Shown: piece after piece, positions 12,973 to 23,737 of the stretch
How the letters are laid out: every line of letters starts with the position of its first letter
How positions within the stretch are numbered: position 1 is the stretch's first letter
Source of the DNA: Nymphaea colorata
Lineage: Eukaryota
Direction of reading: 5' to 3'
DNA length: 64,000 nt
NCBI RefSeq assembly: GCF_008831285.2
Contig: NC_045138.2
Location: 32,302,001-32,366,000, forward strand
The notes under the pieces: generated by a model
The model's input: the letters and a program-made list of their open reading frames with translations, nothing else
What the model was told of the DNA's origin: nothing
Databases searched by the model: none
Program-made: the position numbers and the translations under genes

Positions 12973-13241
12973 CATCGAAAATAGTCACTTTGTATACCAA
13001 GTGGTGCAGCAAGCAAGATATCAGTAATCCATGGAGTTAACGGCCTCAATGGCTTCCTCTCATGCTCAAGGGGATGAACGTCCTCTTTTTTATGCCTATT
13101 ACTGGTTGATGCTTGATAACCACTGCTGCTCCGTTCACTTTCACCACTTTGTTTTTCAACCTTATAAATTGGGCGATTATAATGGCTCAATACCCTTAAG
13201 ATTTCTCCACATGCCAGAGCCCATCGCTCCAAGTAATCATT
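12973..13241 (-). CDS. GI: GIGANTEA coding exon 5 (NDYLERWALACGEILRVLSHYNRPIYK...PLRPLTPWITDILLAAPLGIQSDYFRW)
   Basis: AG/GT bounded, 269 nt, with the hallmark GI motifs WALACGEILR and DILLAAPLGIxSDYFRW. Confidence 0.96.
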
Positions 13242-13395
13242 CTAAAGATAGGAAAAGTAGTTAGTAATTAACATAATTATCTCCAGGGATACTACACAAT
13301 CAGAGCAACATAAAGGATGTATCTGAAAAAGAGCTGAAATATCCATAATAAAGTGAGATCATTCACATTTTTGTATCAGCAAGTAGAGCTCATAC

Positions 13396-13538
13396 CTCAC
13401 ATTTTGGGCTGAATAATGAAATGAAAGAACTAAAAGGTGGGTCATTCTTATCATACAGCAGCGTGCCATCAATAATACAAGAAAGTATTGGGTGAATAAC
13501 AGTGTGCCCATGCTCTGGATGGTGCAGTACAAAAGTTG
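13396..13538 (-). CDS. GI: GIGANTEA coding exon 4 (ATFVLHHPEHGHTVIHPILSCIIDG...FSSFISLFSPKCE)
   Basis: AG/GT bounded, 143 nt, with the GI motif FVLHHPEHGH. Confidence 0.95.
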
Positions 13539-13669
13539 CTGAAAAGGAAATACAAGAATTAGTCCACAGGGCAGTTGAAATTAAATATAAGACAACCTTC
13601 CTGAAATCTACTACATATAAATTTAAAATATAGTGAAAACATCATGGTGATATTTTTTCATTGCATTAC

Positions 13670-13724
13670 CCAACACATTATCTAAGAGGCAAACTTCTTT
13701 GCTAGGGTAGCGCTTCCGAATCAT
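13670..13724 (-). CDS. GI: GIGANTEA coding exon 3 (MIRKRYPSKEVCLLDNVL)
   Basis: AG/GT bounded, 55 nt, phase-compatible with its neighbours. It resembles GI YPSxEKRLLDDVL. Confidence 0.88.
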
Positions 13725-13850
13725 CTGGTTCATGGCCCACAAAAACAGGTCAACAGTAAACAAGCTGTCGAAAAATGTGGCAAAACATGAACACTCTAAG
13801 GAAATTATGCCACACTTTCTGATGCAAAGTAGAGAAAAAATTAATCATAC

Positions 13851-13922
13851 CTCATCAACCTCATCAGGAAACCTCTCCGAAGTAAACTGACCAAAATACT
13901 CAACATAAGCCATAATTTGTGC
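13851..13922 (-). CDS. GI: GIGANTEA coding exon 2 (AQIMAYVEYFGQFTSERFPDEVDE)
   Basis: AG/GT bounded, 72 nt, phase 0/0, with the GI motif AYVEYFGQFTSE. Confidence 0.93.
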
Positions 13923-14164
13923 CTGAAGTGTGAAACCATGTTATGTTTAAAAGAAGAACTTAAATGATAAAAGTCCAATTAAGAATATAAGTAACCTACC
14001 AAGTTATCAATGTTTGTGTAGCCTTGTCATGCTCCTAGTTATTTAAATGAGAAGTATCTAAGTACAATTTTCTAATGGATGCGCTATAACCATCTAAACA
14101 GAGCCATAACTGTAGATTGACTAATATAATATAGACCCACACACACACACACACACAGACATTA

Positions 14165-16190
14165 AGTCACATGGACTTGCCAAATCAGGCACTGCTGTCT
14201 GCTTGGGTGTGGATGCAACTATGGGTTGGGTGTGGGTGTGGTGATAGTGCAGCTCCCATCTCGGCCAATGAAAATCCGGTGCAGTCAACAACACCAGACC
14301 AGACAAGTTTCATTCAAGACTTTGTGCTCACCGGACTCAAGTCAACAGCAAGTTGGGTGTGGTCTGACTGTGTGGAGTCTAAGTCTGACCCCATTTCATT
14401 CTAAAAAACGAAAGACACCCTACCAGCCTAGGGTTTGAAGGCATCATCCCCAATTCTTCTCCCCCTCCTGCCATATCATTTCCTCCCTCTCTTTCTCAGC
14501 TCTTCTTCCCATCTCTGTTCAGCAACAGTGACAGATCGACAAGGTGGATACACTCAGCTTCTCTCTCTTCTGTCTCCAAACTTTCCTTTCCACTAGCAGA
14601 GACCAAAGTAAAAAACGCAAGACAATGACAAAGAACCATACACTTCCTGTGATCGGCAGCTCAGAAATCAATCTGTTTCTGCCATTTCGCAAGTCACAAA
14701 TGGCATTTAGCACCCTCGGGTGCCCATCTTAGGTGCTCACTTTCTCACACGGGCATCAACCTCTCTCTCCAACTGTCAAGCAGCATCTCATGGTTTCACA
14801 CTTCAGGCAAAAGTTATGGCATCTCTCACAGGCATCAACCCTCTCCCAAGTCCCACCGCAACTTCATGCCTGCAATCTTAATAGTCTTCTTAGGGTCTTG
14901 AAGGACCTATTTTTGCTTTCCAATTTCAACAACGTAGCCTGCAACCCTCCATGCATCTCTTTCCAACCAACATCTCTCTCCACCAACCTCCCTCTCCCAT
15001 TGCAACCTCACTGTAGGGAAGTTGAATGCCAAATGGTTTAAGCCTTTACTTTGCTTGCCGTGGTATACATATTTAATGTGTTTTACATAATGTGAATATG
15101 AGTTAGTACATAACCGTCCTTGTAATCTGTCTTACAAATATTCTTAATATAACCTGTTTATCTAGTATGTCTTATTTTAGGTTTTTTAGCTTTAATTTGT
15201 TTGCCAGTGAACCTTCCCTACAATTTATGTACACTGTTTCACAAAGATATATTGTTCATATATAATCTGTCTTCATATCTAGTCTGTCTTTATATATTCT
15301 TCTTTATAGAATGTTTTTACCTTTTATGTACACTGTCTTATATAATGTGCTTCATTAATATAAACATCTTGTAATCTGGTATTCTAGCTTTAATTTGCTA
15401 ATTGCCATGCACCTGTTTTAGCTTTTAGTATATATACCTTTATTATATAATATGTTCCACGTGTGTGCATGTGTGTGTTTTAACTGCTTTTTGGTACTGA
15501 TTGATTGTTTACTATTAATCTTTTAGATAACTGATTTAATTCTTATTGTTTTTTATGTTTAATCTGTTTGTCAGTGAACCTTCTTTATAATTTACGTAAA
15601 CTGTTTTACAAAGATACATTTTATATATAAGCCGTCCTCATATCTAGTCTGTCTTTATATAATATTCATTATAGAATGTTTTATCTTGTATGTACACTTT
15701 CTTATATAATGTTCTTTGTTAACATAATCTTCTTGTAATCTGGTATTCTAGCTTTTATTTGCTAATTTCCATGAACCTGTTGTAGCTTTTATTATATATG
15801 ATTTTATTATATATTACTTTTTCATATGTGTGTGTGTGTGTGTGTGTTAACTGCTTTTTTTATATAATTTTTTTTAATAGTTGATTTAATTTTTATTGTT
15901 ACGAGTCTATGTTTCTAATTTCCTCATTTGAATGTCTTATTTATAATATTATGAAGTATGAAGGTACAAATTGCAACATGGCAGAAAAAGGAAAAGAAAA
16001 GCAGGTTGCATCAGACTCTGTTTCAGGAACCTCTTATAGTGTCAAAACATTAGCATTTCAAAGTTTGCCTCCCAGGCTGATGCAATAGAAAGTAAAAAGT
16101 GTAGTTTCAAAGGATGCATTTAATGGTGGTGGAAATGTGCACTTTGTCTGTATTTTCTGAAATGCTTCTTATCTTGGAGCTGAATGCACA
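14165..16190 (+). mobile_element. Truncated hAT-like DNA transposon in GI intron 1, ending in a transposase BED zinc-finger N-terminus (~15978-16180)
   Basis: MAEKGKEKQ...GGGNVHFVCIF*NASYLG resembles the GGGNxxxxCxFCxxxY/FxG start of plant hAT BED fingers. There are subterminal AGTC/AGAC repeats near 14290-14390 and an internal ~367-bp tandem duplication (~15190-15900). Boundaries are approximate. Confidence 0.55.
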
Positions 16191-16286
16191 TATACACATG
16201 CCAAATCTGAATTGCAGAAGAAGAACAAAAGGAAGAAGAGGATAACTATCCCATTAACATAAGGTCAGAAGAGTAAGCAAGCAAAC

Positions 16287-16373
16287 CTGGTGTTGTTGCT
16301 CATCCGAGGGAGGAGGCCAGAAGAGGGATGAGTATTGAAGGCCATCTATCCACCTTTTATGTACACTGGACAT
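16287..16373 (-). CDS. GI: GIGANTEA coding exon 1 (MSSVHKRWIDGLQYSSLFWPPPSDEQQHQ)
   Basis: ATG at 16373 and GT donor after 16287. It matches the GI N-terminal signature RWIDGLQ(F/Y)SSL(L/F)WPPP. Confidence 0.93.
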
Positions 16374-17244
16374 TGCACCCTCCTAAAACCAAAATCGTCT
16401 CAAAGAGAAAATCAAACAATGAAGCAACACTGAACCGTGGCTTTGTGTTCTAGATCACCCATTGTCACAATAAATGACTCCAAATTTCAACATTTTCAAT
16501 CAGGCTCTCTCACATCTTCAAGAGAACAACTCATAAAGCAAATAACTCTCTATGGCATTCCTCCACTACTTATCACTTAATAATATTTAAGCTTCGAACA
16601 CCTTTTCTGCTTCACTATAGCAACCTTCAAGTCAAATTTTGGTCTTCAAGGCTTCCCAAATTTGCCTTTGACTGACTTCAGAACTATCACGATCACAAAA
16701 GAAGATACAGTGAGGAAAAAAAATAGAACGGAACGACTCAGCGTCAGCAGATATATTACAAAGAAATATCTAAATGTTATGCTCAAGACCTGCAAGGCAT
16801 CCTCCATTTGACATTAAAACCCATCTATATGATCACAAGAAAACAAAAAGCCATCTTCGAGTCAACAACACTTAAGGGCTTATAATTTCCGAAAGTTGGC
16901 AAGAGAAAGGATCGTATTTAGATGAAAGTAACAAACAGAACTAATTTCTGGAAAAGGAAACCAAGTAAATCTAGGAGAACCACGAAAAGATAAGAAAATA
17001 GTGTTTGCAAAGAAACGCGGTCCTCTTTCTTCCGTGTAAACTTCAAGATTTTGATGTTTTGGATTTAAGTAAAATCGTGAAAAGGTGAATCACAACTCAC
17101 CTTCAAAACTGCAACCTCATTTCAAGTCGCCCACTTTTACATTGTCTTCTTCAAGCAGAAAAAGGAGATAAAGAAACCGACGGAAAATATACAATGAAGA
17201 GTAATAAAGGGATGAAATAAGCTAAGGGAAATTTATAAAACACT

Positions 17245-17277
<33 letters not shown>

Positions 17278-17489
17278 GGTCCTTAATCAACTGAGGGACT
17301 GGCAGATATTTCTGAACAACAATGACGAAAGGCATCTAAATCTCATTTTCTATCTCTTTAACAGTAACCAATAAACACGAACACATAACTCGTGATTCTC
17401 CACACTAGCACCAATTACATCAAACAAAAAAGAAACAGAATTCAATCAGAAAAAAATCGCAAAGAAAGAAGAGAAAAATTCACTCCTAC

Positions 17490-17690
17490 CTCTGAAAAGG
17501 CTCGCTTCTTGCTCTCCTCCTTCCTTTCTCCCTCCGGAACAAATCGCACTAGGGTTTCAACTTTCAGAGCTTCCTCTCTTTCCCCATCGCTCGCTCACGG
17601 ATATAGGTAACGTTACCAAATAAGAAAAAGCCATGAAGAGAAATGAGAAGGTTTTGTCAGCGTCCTAGACTCCCATTCCGTAGCTCATTC
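17490..17690 (-). other. GI: Putative GI first non-coding (5'UTR) exon
   Basis: GAG|GTAGGA donor at 17490/17489, a GA-rich leader, and a TATA-like TAAATAAA at ~17705-17712 on the minus strand. The TSS is not observable. Confidence 0.5.
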
Positions 17691-17799
17691 TCGTTATCGC
17701 CGGCATTTATTTACCGAGCTTTGCACTTTTCCCCTTACAGATACACATACACACACACGCCACTCTCTCTCTGTTTCTTTTGCTGTAACTCGCGCTCTT

Positions 17800-18110
17800 T
17801 TCATCGCCCCTGTTTTGATTCGGTAGGGATGGAAATCATTCGGGAGCGTGGCATTCACCCAAGCTGGCGATCTCTGCGGCTGACGTGGCGTAGATATTTC
17901 GGGGTGCCATGAGGGGGGCCACCCGCCCCCCATCATCATGCATCCCATGGCGGAATGTGCCCCATGATGCCATGCAGGAGGTGCATGCACTTGCTTGGAC
18001 GCCCGCGTGGCTTCGGATAAGGGCCGTTTCCGCGCCCCCCCCCCCCCGACTCTGTCCACCCACCGTTTGCAAATCCCGGCGCTCGCGACGCAATTGGACA
18101 TAAATAGTTA
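17800..18110 (-). promoter_or_regulatory. GC-rich GI proximal promoter with evening-element-like, ABRE-like and LUX-site-like motifs
   Basis: AGATATTTC (= GAAATATCT) at 17892-17900 directly next to TGACGTGGC at 17881-17889; GATTCG at 17817-17822; CCGCGTGGC at ~18003-18011. Confidence 0.65.
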
Positions 18111-18819
18111 TCCGACTCCGGCGAATGCTTGTTTCCGTTGGATCTAAAATTTTGTGACGTCTTTTTGTTTATTTATGCAAAATTTTGCCACAAAGGATGT
18201 TAACTAAAATAATCAAGCACTTAAAAGACAATTTTTCACACGAGACTGAATTTCTTCATACAAAGCGTTATAATTCGTCTTCCTTAATAAAGCAATATAT
18301 CAGCATGGTAAACAGCTCACCCCACTCCCGCATGCTCGGAATCTTAGACTGGGCATTGGCCCAACACTTGCAACAACGATCTTATAATCCCCCTTGTGAT
18401 CATTTAGATCACCATTTTGATATTGCTAAGTAATACCACTTTTTTCATGAAATTTGTCAAATAAGGGTTCAGCGAACCGGATTTATGCATGAAATTTGTC
18501 AAATAAGGGTTCAGCGAACCGGATTTATGTAAACATGAAGGAACAGCACAACCAACAAAATTAAGGGGTTTTGCTTTCATTTGGAAACATGTTTTCTTAG
18601 GAAAGGAAGGGATTTCGGTATCCCCTTAGCTAAAGGAATCTTATTCAGAAGGAGAACGGTTTGTTTCACTTGTAACGATGCTGTGCGTTTGACATGTTCC
18701 GTGTCTACTCATGCAAGGAACTGTGTTAGTCCATTTTCACAAACGTGATCACTTAGACTAAGTTACGTATATTAGTTCTGTATCTTGCATATTAATTTTA
18801 AAGTTTTGAATATTATTTT

Positions 18820-19212
18820 TGTAATGACCCGACGTCCTCTGAGCTCAGACTCTCAATCCGACAGATCCCAATCCCCATTTTCTTAACAGTTTTTGTTTCA
18901 GCTCAAAAAAATGGATACGAACTATAACAACTAACAATTTTAATAACCTATTTTATAAGCTGAACAAAACTTTTGGGTATTACAATTTACCCCCTTAATA
19001 TACACGCGTTTGCGCGTTTAAGACCCTAGGTCCAAGTGTTGAACTGTATTTTGATACTACTATAATGACTTGACCCCACTCTTGAGCTCGGGCCTCTGGT
19101 ATGAAAAATTTCAATTTCGATGGACAATTAACCACTTTAACAACCCTTTTTATAAACCCTTAAAAATCATTTCACAAGCTTTAATATGAAACTAAATTTT
19201 TGGAGTGTTACA
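18820..19212 (-). mobile_element. Complete TRIM (terminal-repeat retrotransposon in miniature), 393 bp
   Basis: Two short LTRs (18820-18984 and 19061-19212; TGTAATGACCC...GGGTATTACA), a degenerate PBS TAGTATCAAA, a PPT AAGGGGGT on the minus strand, a ~75-bp non-coding interior, and a 5-bp TSD ATTTT on both sides. Confidence 0.85.
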
Positions 19213-19894
19213 ATTTTTACATATAAATTCTCCAAAATATATTTTTCACCTTCTTTGCATTTTCCTCATTTTTATAGTAATTATGTATTTTTAATGAAAT
19301 TATGCACACACATATATTTGAGTGTATTTATAACTTGTTGTATCTTTATATCCACAATTTTTAAAATTGTTGTGTGCCCCCATACCTATATCCACACTTG
19401 TACCACTATTAAGTGTGACTTGAGCATTCAAAAATAAAATCCTCGAAGACTATGCTAATTAATGTTACGAACTTGGTTTAGGCAACAACGGAACAAGTCA
19501 TGGCAAAACATTTTTAGGCTATATATGCTAAAGTTGAAGTGGCAGATTAAATGCTCGAAGCCTATGAATGCTTTGATGGTAGAACCCTCTCAAACCACCA
19601 AACCAAAAGAATGAGTGTTCAGTTCACCAATTTATTGAAAGAATTGCTAGATTTTAGCGTGAAGCATGTGTTATGACTCGTGCACCACGTACATAATGAA
19701 GAGGTCGACAGGCATGGCATATATCTTAACAATTTTTTACCAATACAAGGAGATTCTTGTTATCATCTCAAAAGTGTCCAATGGCCTACATGAAAGTGAA
19801 CTCCAGAGAAAGCATTTTATAATGAGACGGGGGAAAGGACTGCAACCGATATGTACTAAAAAAAAATGGGAGTTAGAGTATTTTGGGGATTTTT

Positions 19895-19931
<37 letters not shown>

Positions 19932-20675
19932 GACTTTTAACTTTTTCACTATCTATTTTCATCCATGTAGAGGAAATCTCCTTTTTATTAATCAAGGGGA
20001 TTCTAGTTATTATATACTTTGGTGCACAATTTTTTGAGCACGGAGTATTGCATGTAACTAGCTTCACGACGAAGGCGCTTATTTTTTCCTTGTATATGAC
20101 CAAGCTGCCTAATTAAACAAGCCTACAAGAAACTGTCTGGCCTAATTTTGGCAAGTCCAGATAAGTTGATGTAGTGTTTCAGTGTGGTGCTCATTCTTTG
20201 AAGCCTTAATTCACTGTTGAAACTTGAGGGAACTTATGTCTAGCATATGAGGTAGTTCCATTATGTCTAGTTACATGAGGATGCTGCCTCATGGATCAAT
20301 TAAAAATTTGTTAACCATATATTGAATAGTCCATGAAAAAAAAAAAGTTCTGTGATGTCAACATACAATCATCAATGGCTAATCTCTTTCTTCATGTATA
20401 GCAAAACTTGAACTCTTACAGCTCATTGACAATTGATAATTGAACACCACAAAACATCAACACCGAGAAACAATAATCATGAAACGAGTAATGATTTGAA
20501 AGCATTCATTGAATGTGCGCTTCATGAAGGCATGCCATGGAAGTTAGTTGATGTCAAATATCCCACAAAAAATGAAGGAAATACTTTAGGATATTTGCCC
20601 TGCATAAACAGAGACCAAGGAGTACCAATGCAGTTTGAACCCTTGGGGGCCGTTTGATGGCCTGAAAATCACATC

Positions 20676-21076
20676 TGTAGGTATTTTAGAGCAACTAAAC
20701 CAAAGGGAAGGATTTGATATGAGTGTTTTAATAACTTATAAACTGCTAGGAGGTGGATTGAGATTCATCAAACTAGTAGCTCAAGTCTGGTGTGAAAGTG
20801 GGTTGAGTTGTTACAGTGGTATCAAAGCGCGATTCAACACTCAACTTGGAGCCCCACACAAGTAGACATGTGTGCGTTAAGAGAGGTTGATTGTTACATC
20901 CAAAAAGTTTAGTCTTGTATATAAGATTGTGAGGAATTTTAAGAACTTATAAAGAGGTTTGTTAAAGTGGTTAGTTGTTTCCTAACATTTTTCGAATTAG
21001 AACTAAAACTACTAAGAGGTGGGTTGGTATCCGTCGGACCAAAGGCCTGAGCACTAGAGTAGGTCGGGTGAATACA
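20676..21076 (+). mobile_element. Second TRIM of the same family, opposite orientation
   Basis: LTR end GTTACA at 20815, PBS TGGTATCAAAGC (20817-20828), an interior sharing TTCAACACT and GTGT...TTAAG with the first copy, PPT AAGAGAGG, and a 3' LTR at 20892-21076. The left boundary is approximate. Confidence 0.75.
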
Positions 21077-21359
21077 TTTCATATTACCACCTATAAGAGA
21101 GGGGAAGCTTCCACCAAACTCTTTGTTTCTCAAGAATACAGGGTCTACTTTTGGTGCCTTTGGGATGTCGCTGTCGCTAAACTTCAACTTGCATGCTAGT
21201 GGTCCCTTTTTACACACAAAAGGTTGTTGTTATGCTCTAAGGATTCAAAAAGAGAACTCATCACCTACTGGCCCTGGCCCCCACCATCACGGTTGCACCA
21301 ACTCCCTCAAAAACAAGCATTAGAACAACTGACCATCACTAGAACATGCATTAGAGACC

Positions 21360-21990
21360 ATATCCATTAAAGAGCTCACCAACACATATCCGGGTCTCCC
21401 CCTCTTCAAAGGAATGTGCAGAGTTAACCTGTGGACCACTTCTTAAGAAAGTGGAGAACAAATTAAGTGGCTAGAAAAAGAGCTTATTATACTATTCAAA
21501 AAGAATTTGCTTGCCTAAAAAGTGTGCTCCTCCATATTATCAACTACTATACTAGAGCGTGTAGACTTCCACCAAGCATTGACCAAAGGTTGGATCAAGT
21601 TCTAGATAATTTCATATGGGTTGACACTGAAGATCATAGGCACCTCCACCAATTGGTTTGGAAAGGTTTATGCAATCCAATTGCTGAAGGAGGCATTGAC
21701 AAGCGGTCAGGGGCGGAGGGATGGGGGCCCGGCAGCATCCTTGGCCTCTCAGATTTTAAAAAATTTAAAAATTTATATGCAAATCTAAAAAAAATAGTTT
21801 TTTATATATAAAAGATTTGAAAATTTTTATTTCAGCTCCTGTTAAAATTTTGAAACTATAGTTTAGCCCATACAACAAAAAATTCCTGGCTCCGCCCATA
21901 AATGCATTGACTATGATATCTACCTTCTCAACAAGGCTATGATGATTCATTGGAAATTCAAAGCCTATTGTGGGGGACTCTGCTGTCTGA
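21360..21990 (+). mobile_element. Degenerate L1-type LINE ORF2 (post-RT) fragment, interrupted by a MITE at ~21708-21900
   Basis: LKSVLLHIINYY...LPPSIDQRLDQVLDNFIW...LVWKGLCNPIAEGGI is a typical plant L1 ORF2 segment. Confidence 0.75.
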
Positions 21991-22352
21991 TTTGGTACTG
22001 AAAAAAAAAAAAAAACCTCAGACGGAATAGCTTATGGATACACGTTAGGTTTGCTAATAGCAACCCATTTTTGTCAACCGGTTGCTATTCTTGAAATCCT
22101 GCCCTATGGGGTCAAAACTGTGCTGGGATACATTGCCCATATAGTTCTAGTGAAGGTTGCATGCACCGTTATGCTATGCGTGCATAGGTTACATACCCAG
22201 TAAAAGAAAAGGATGTTTTTGTAATTAAAAAAAGCATGTCCTTTGTAGTTATTTCATTTTTTTATTTTCATTTTTATCTTACCAAAAAGCTTTTCTTTTT
22301 TTTATGAACAAGAGATACTTTTGTCATTAAATTTCTTGTACGCACTAATATG

Positions 22353-22534
22353 CCGATAAAATGGAAATATATAGCAAAATTTGGAAACAAGAAGTCCCCT
22401 AAGTACATAAGCAAACCACATAAACGAAATATAAGAAGAGAATACACAAGTTAGTATCACAATAAAACGTAATAAGAGAGGTGGAGAGAGAGTGGACAGA
22501 AGGAACAGTAGAGTCACCCAGCAGTAGACGAATA
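22353..22534 (-). mobile_element. Very short 5'-truncated LINE 3' end with a 17-bp TSD
   Basis: The reverse complement matches the LINE 3' end at ~46480-46693. It is flanked by the direct repeat TTGTACGCACTAATATG at 22336-22352 and 22535-22551. Confidence 0.85.
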
Positions 22535-23675
22535 TTGTACGCACTAATATGGCGCATATAACCAACTTTATATAATTCGGGATGTTTTCCCTTTACCTTT
22601 TTGTTCTTTGGACACATATTCATCAGACATTGCATTCTACGTCTCATTACCATCACAAGTGTTACGACCAAAGATAGTGACTCTAAAAGGGCCAAGCGTC
22701 TACACCCTTTTTTCTGTTTTGTTCTTAAGAGGTCAAATTTTCCACACCGAGTTCTCAAATTCTAGCGCTTGACCGGAGCCCACCGTGAAAGGAACCACCG
22801 TCGTCGTGTCTTCCTTGTTTCTATCTCAATCTCCAATGTCATGGCTCGAAGGGAATGAGCAGAGTTCTTCTTATCCTCAACAGAGAGTATAGCAGCAGCA
22901 TCATCATATAAAAGACTACGGCATATAAAACGCAAACCTGTTAACGAGCAAAGCTTACGATATAATCCTAGCACATATAAAGTGTTATTACGTCTTAATT
23001 AAATTAGGCTGTTAAACTTCCATCAAATTATCGTTTAACTATGACGGGTCAGAACATCTAGATCATTTAATACTCCAGGAAAATGAAGCCAGATGATTCA
23101 TCTGACCCAAAAAAAGAAGGTAATTTGCACACATAGATGCATCCTATTATTGAATAAATATATCTCTAGTGACACTCAATAGTCAATACAATAATGTAAA
23201 GTTAGTTATGATACAAGTGAGAAGGGTGCATGGGAAACCTAGAGGACATTTTACCCCTGTCCTTCGTGTGAGTGTCTGTGTGTAAGATTCCTGTATGCAA
23301 TGCATCGGGCTGCATGCCACGAAAGACAGAGGCACAGTCAGGCTAGAGCTTGCAAAGTTATGACCCCACCTCAAAAAAAAAAAAAATTACATGTAAATTT
23401 TAAAAAATTTCATTGTCCTATATAAAAATTTTGAAAAAATGATATTTTGGTACATGTCAAAATTTAGAAACTTTAATTTGGTCAACCTCATGAAAAATTT
23501 CTGAATCACTACATTGAGCTCTAAGTGTGAGCTGTGAGATTTTTATGGACACACTTGGTTGTAGAACATTAACAACGGTTTATGATATAGTGACAATTTA
23601 TTATGTTTTTTCACCGATTGTTTAAGAAGTATTTAGTCATTTTTCGACAACATTAGGCAACTAGTGGTTTCCAAT

Positions 23676-23737
<62 letters not shown>

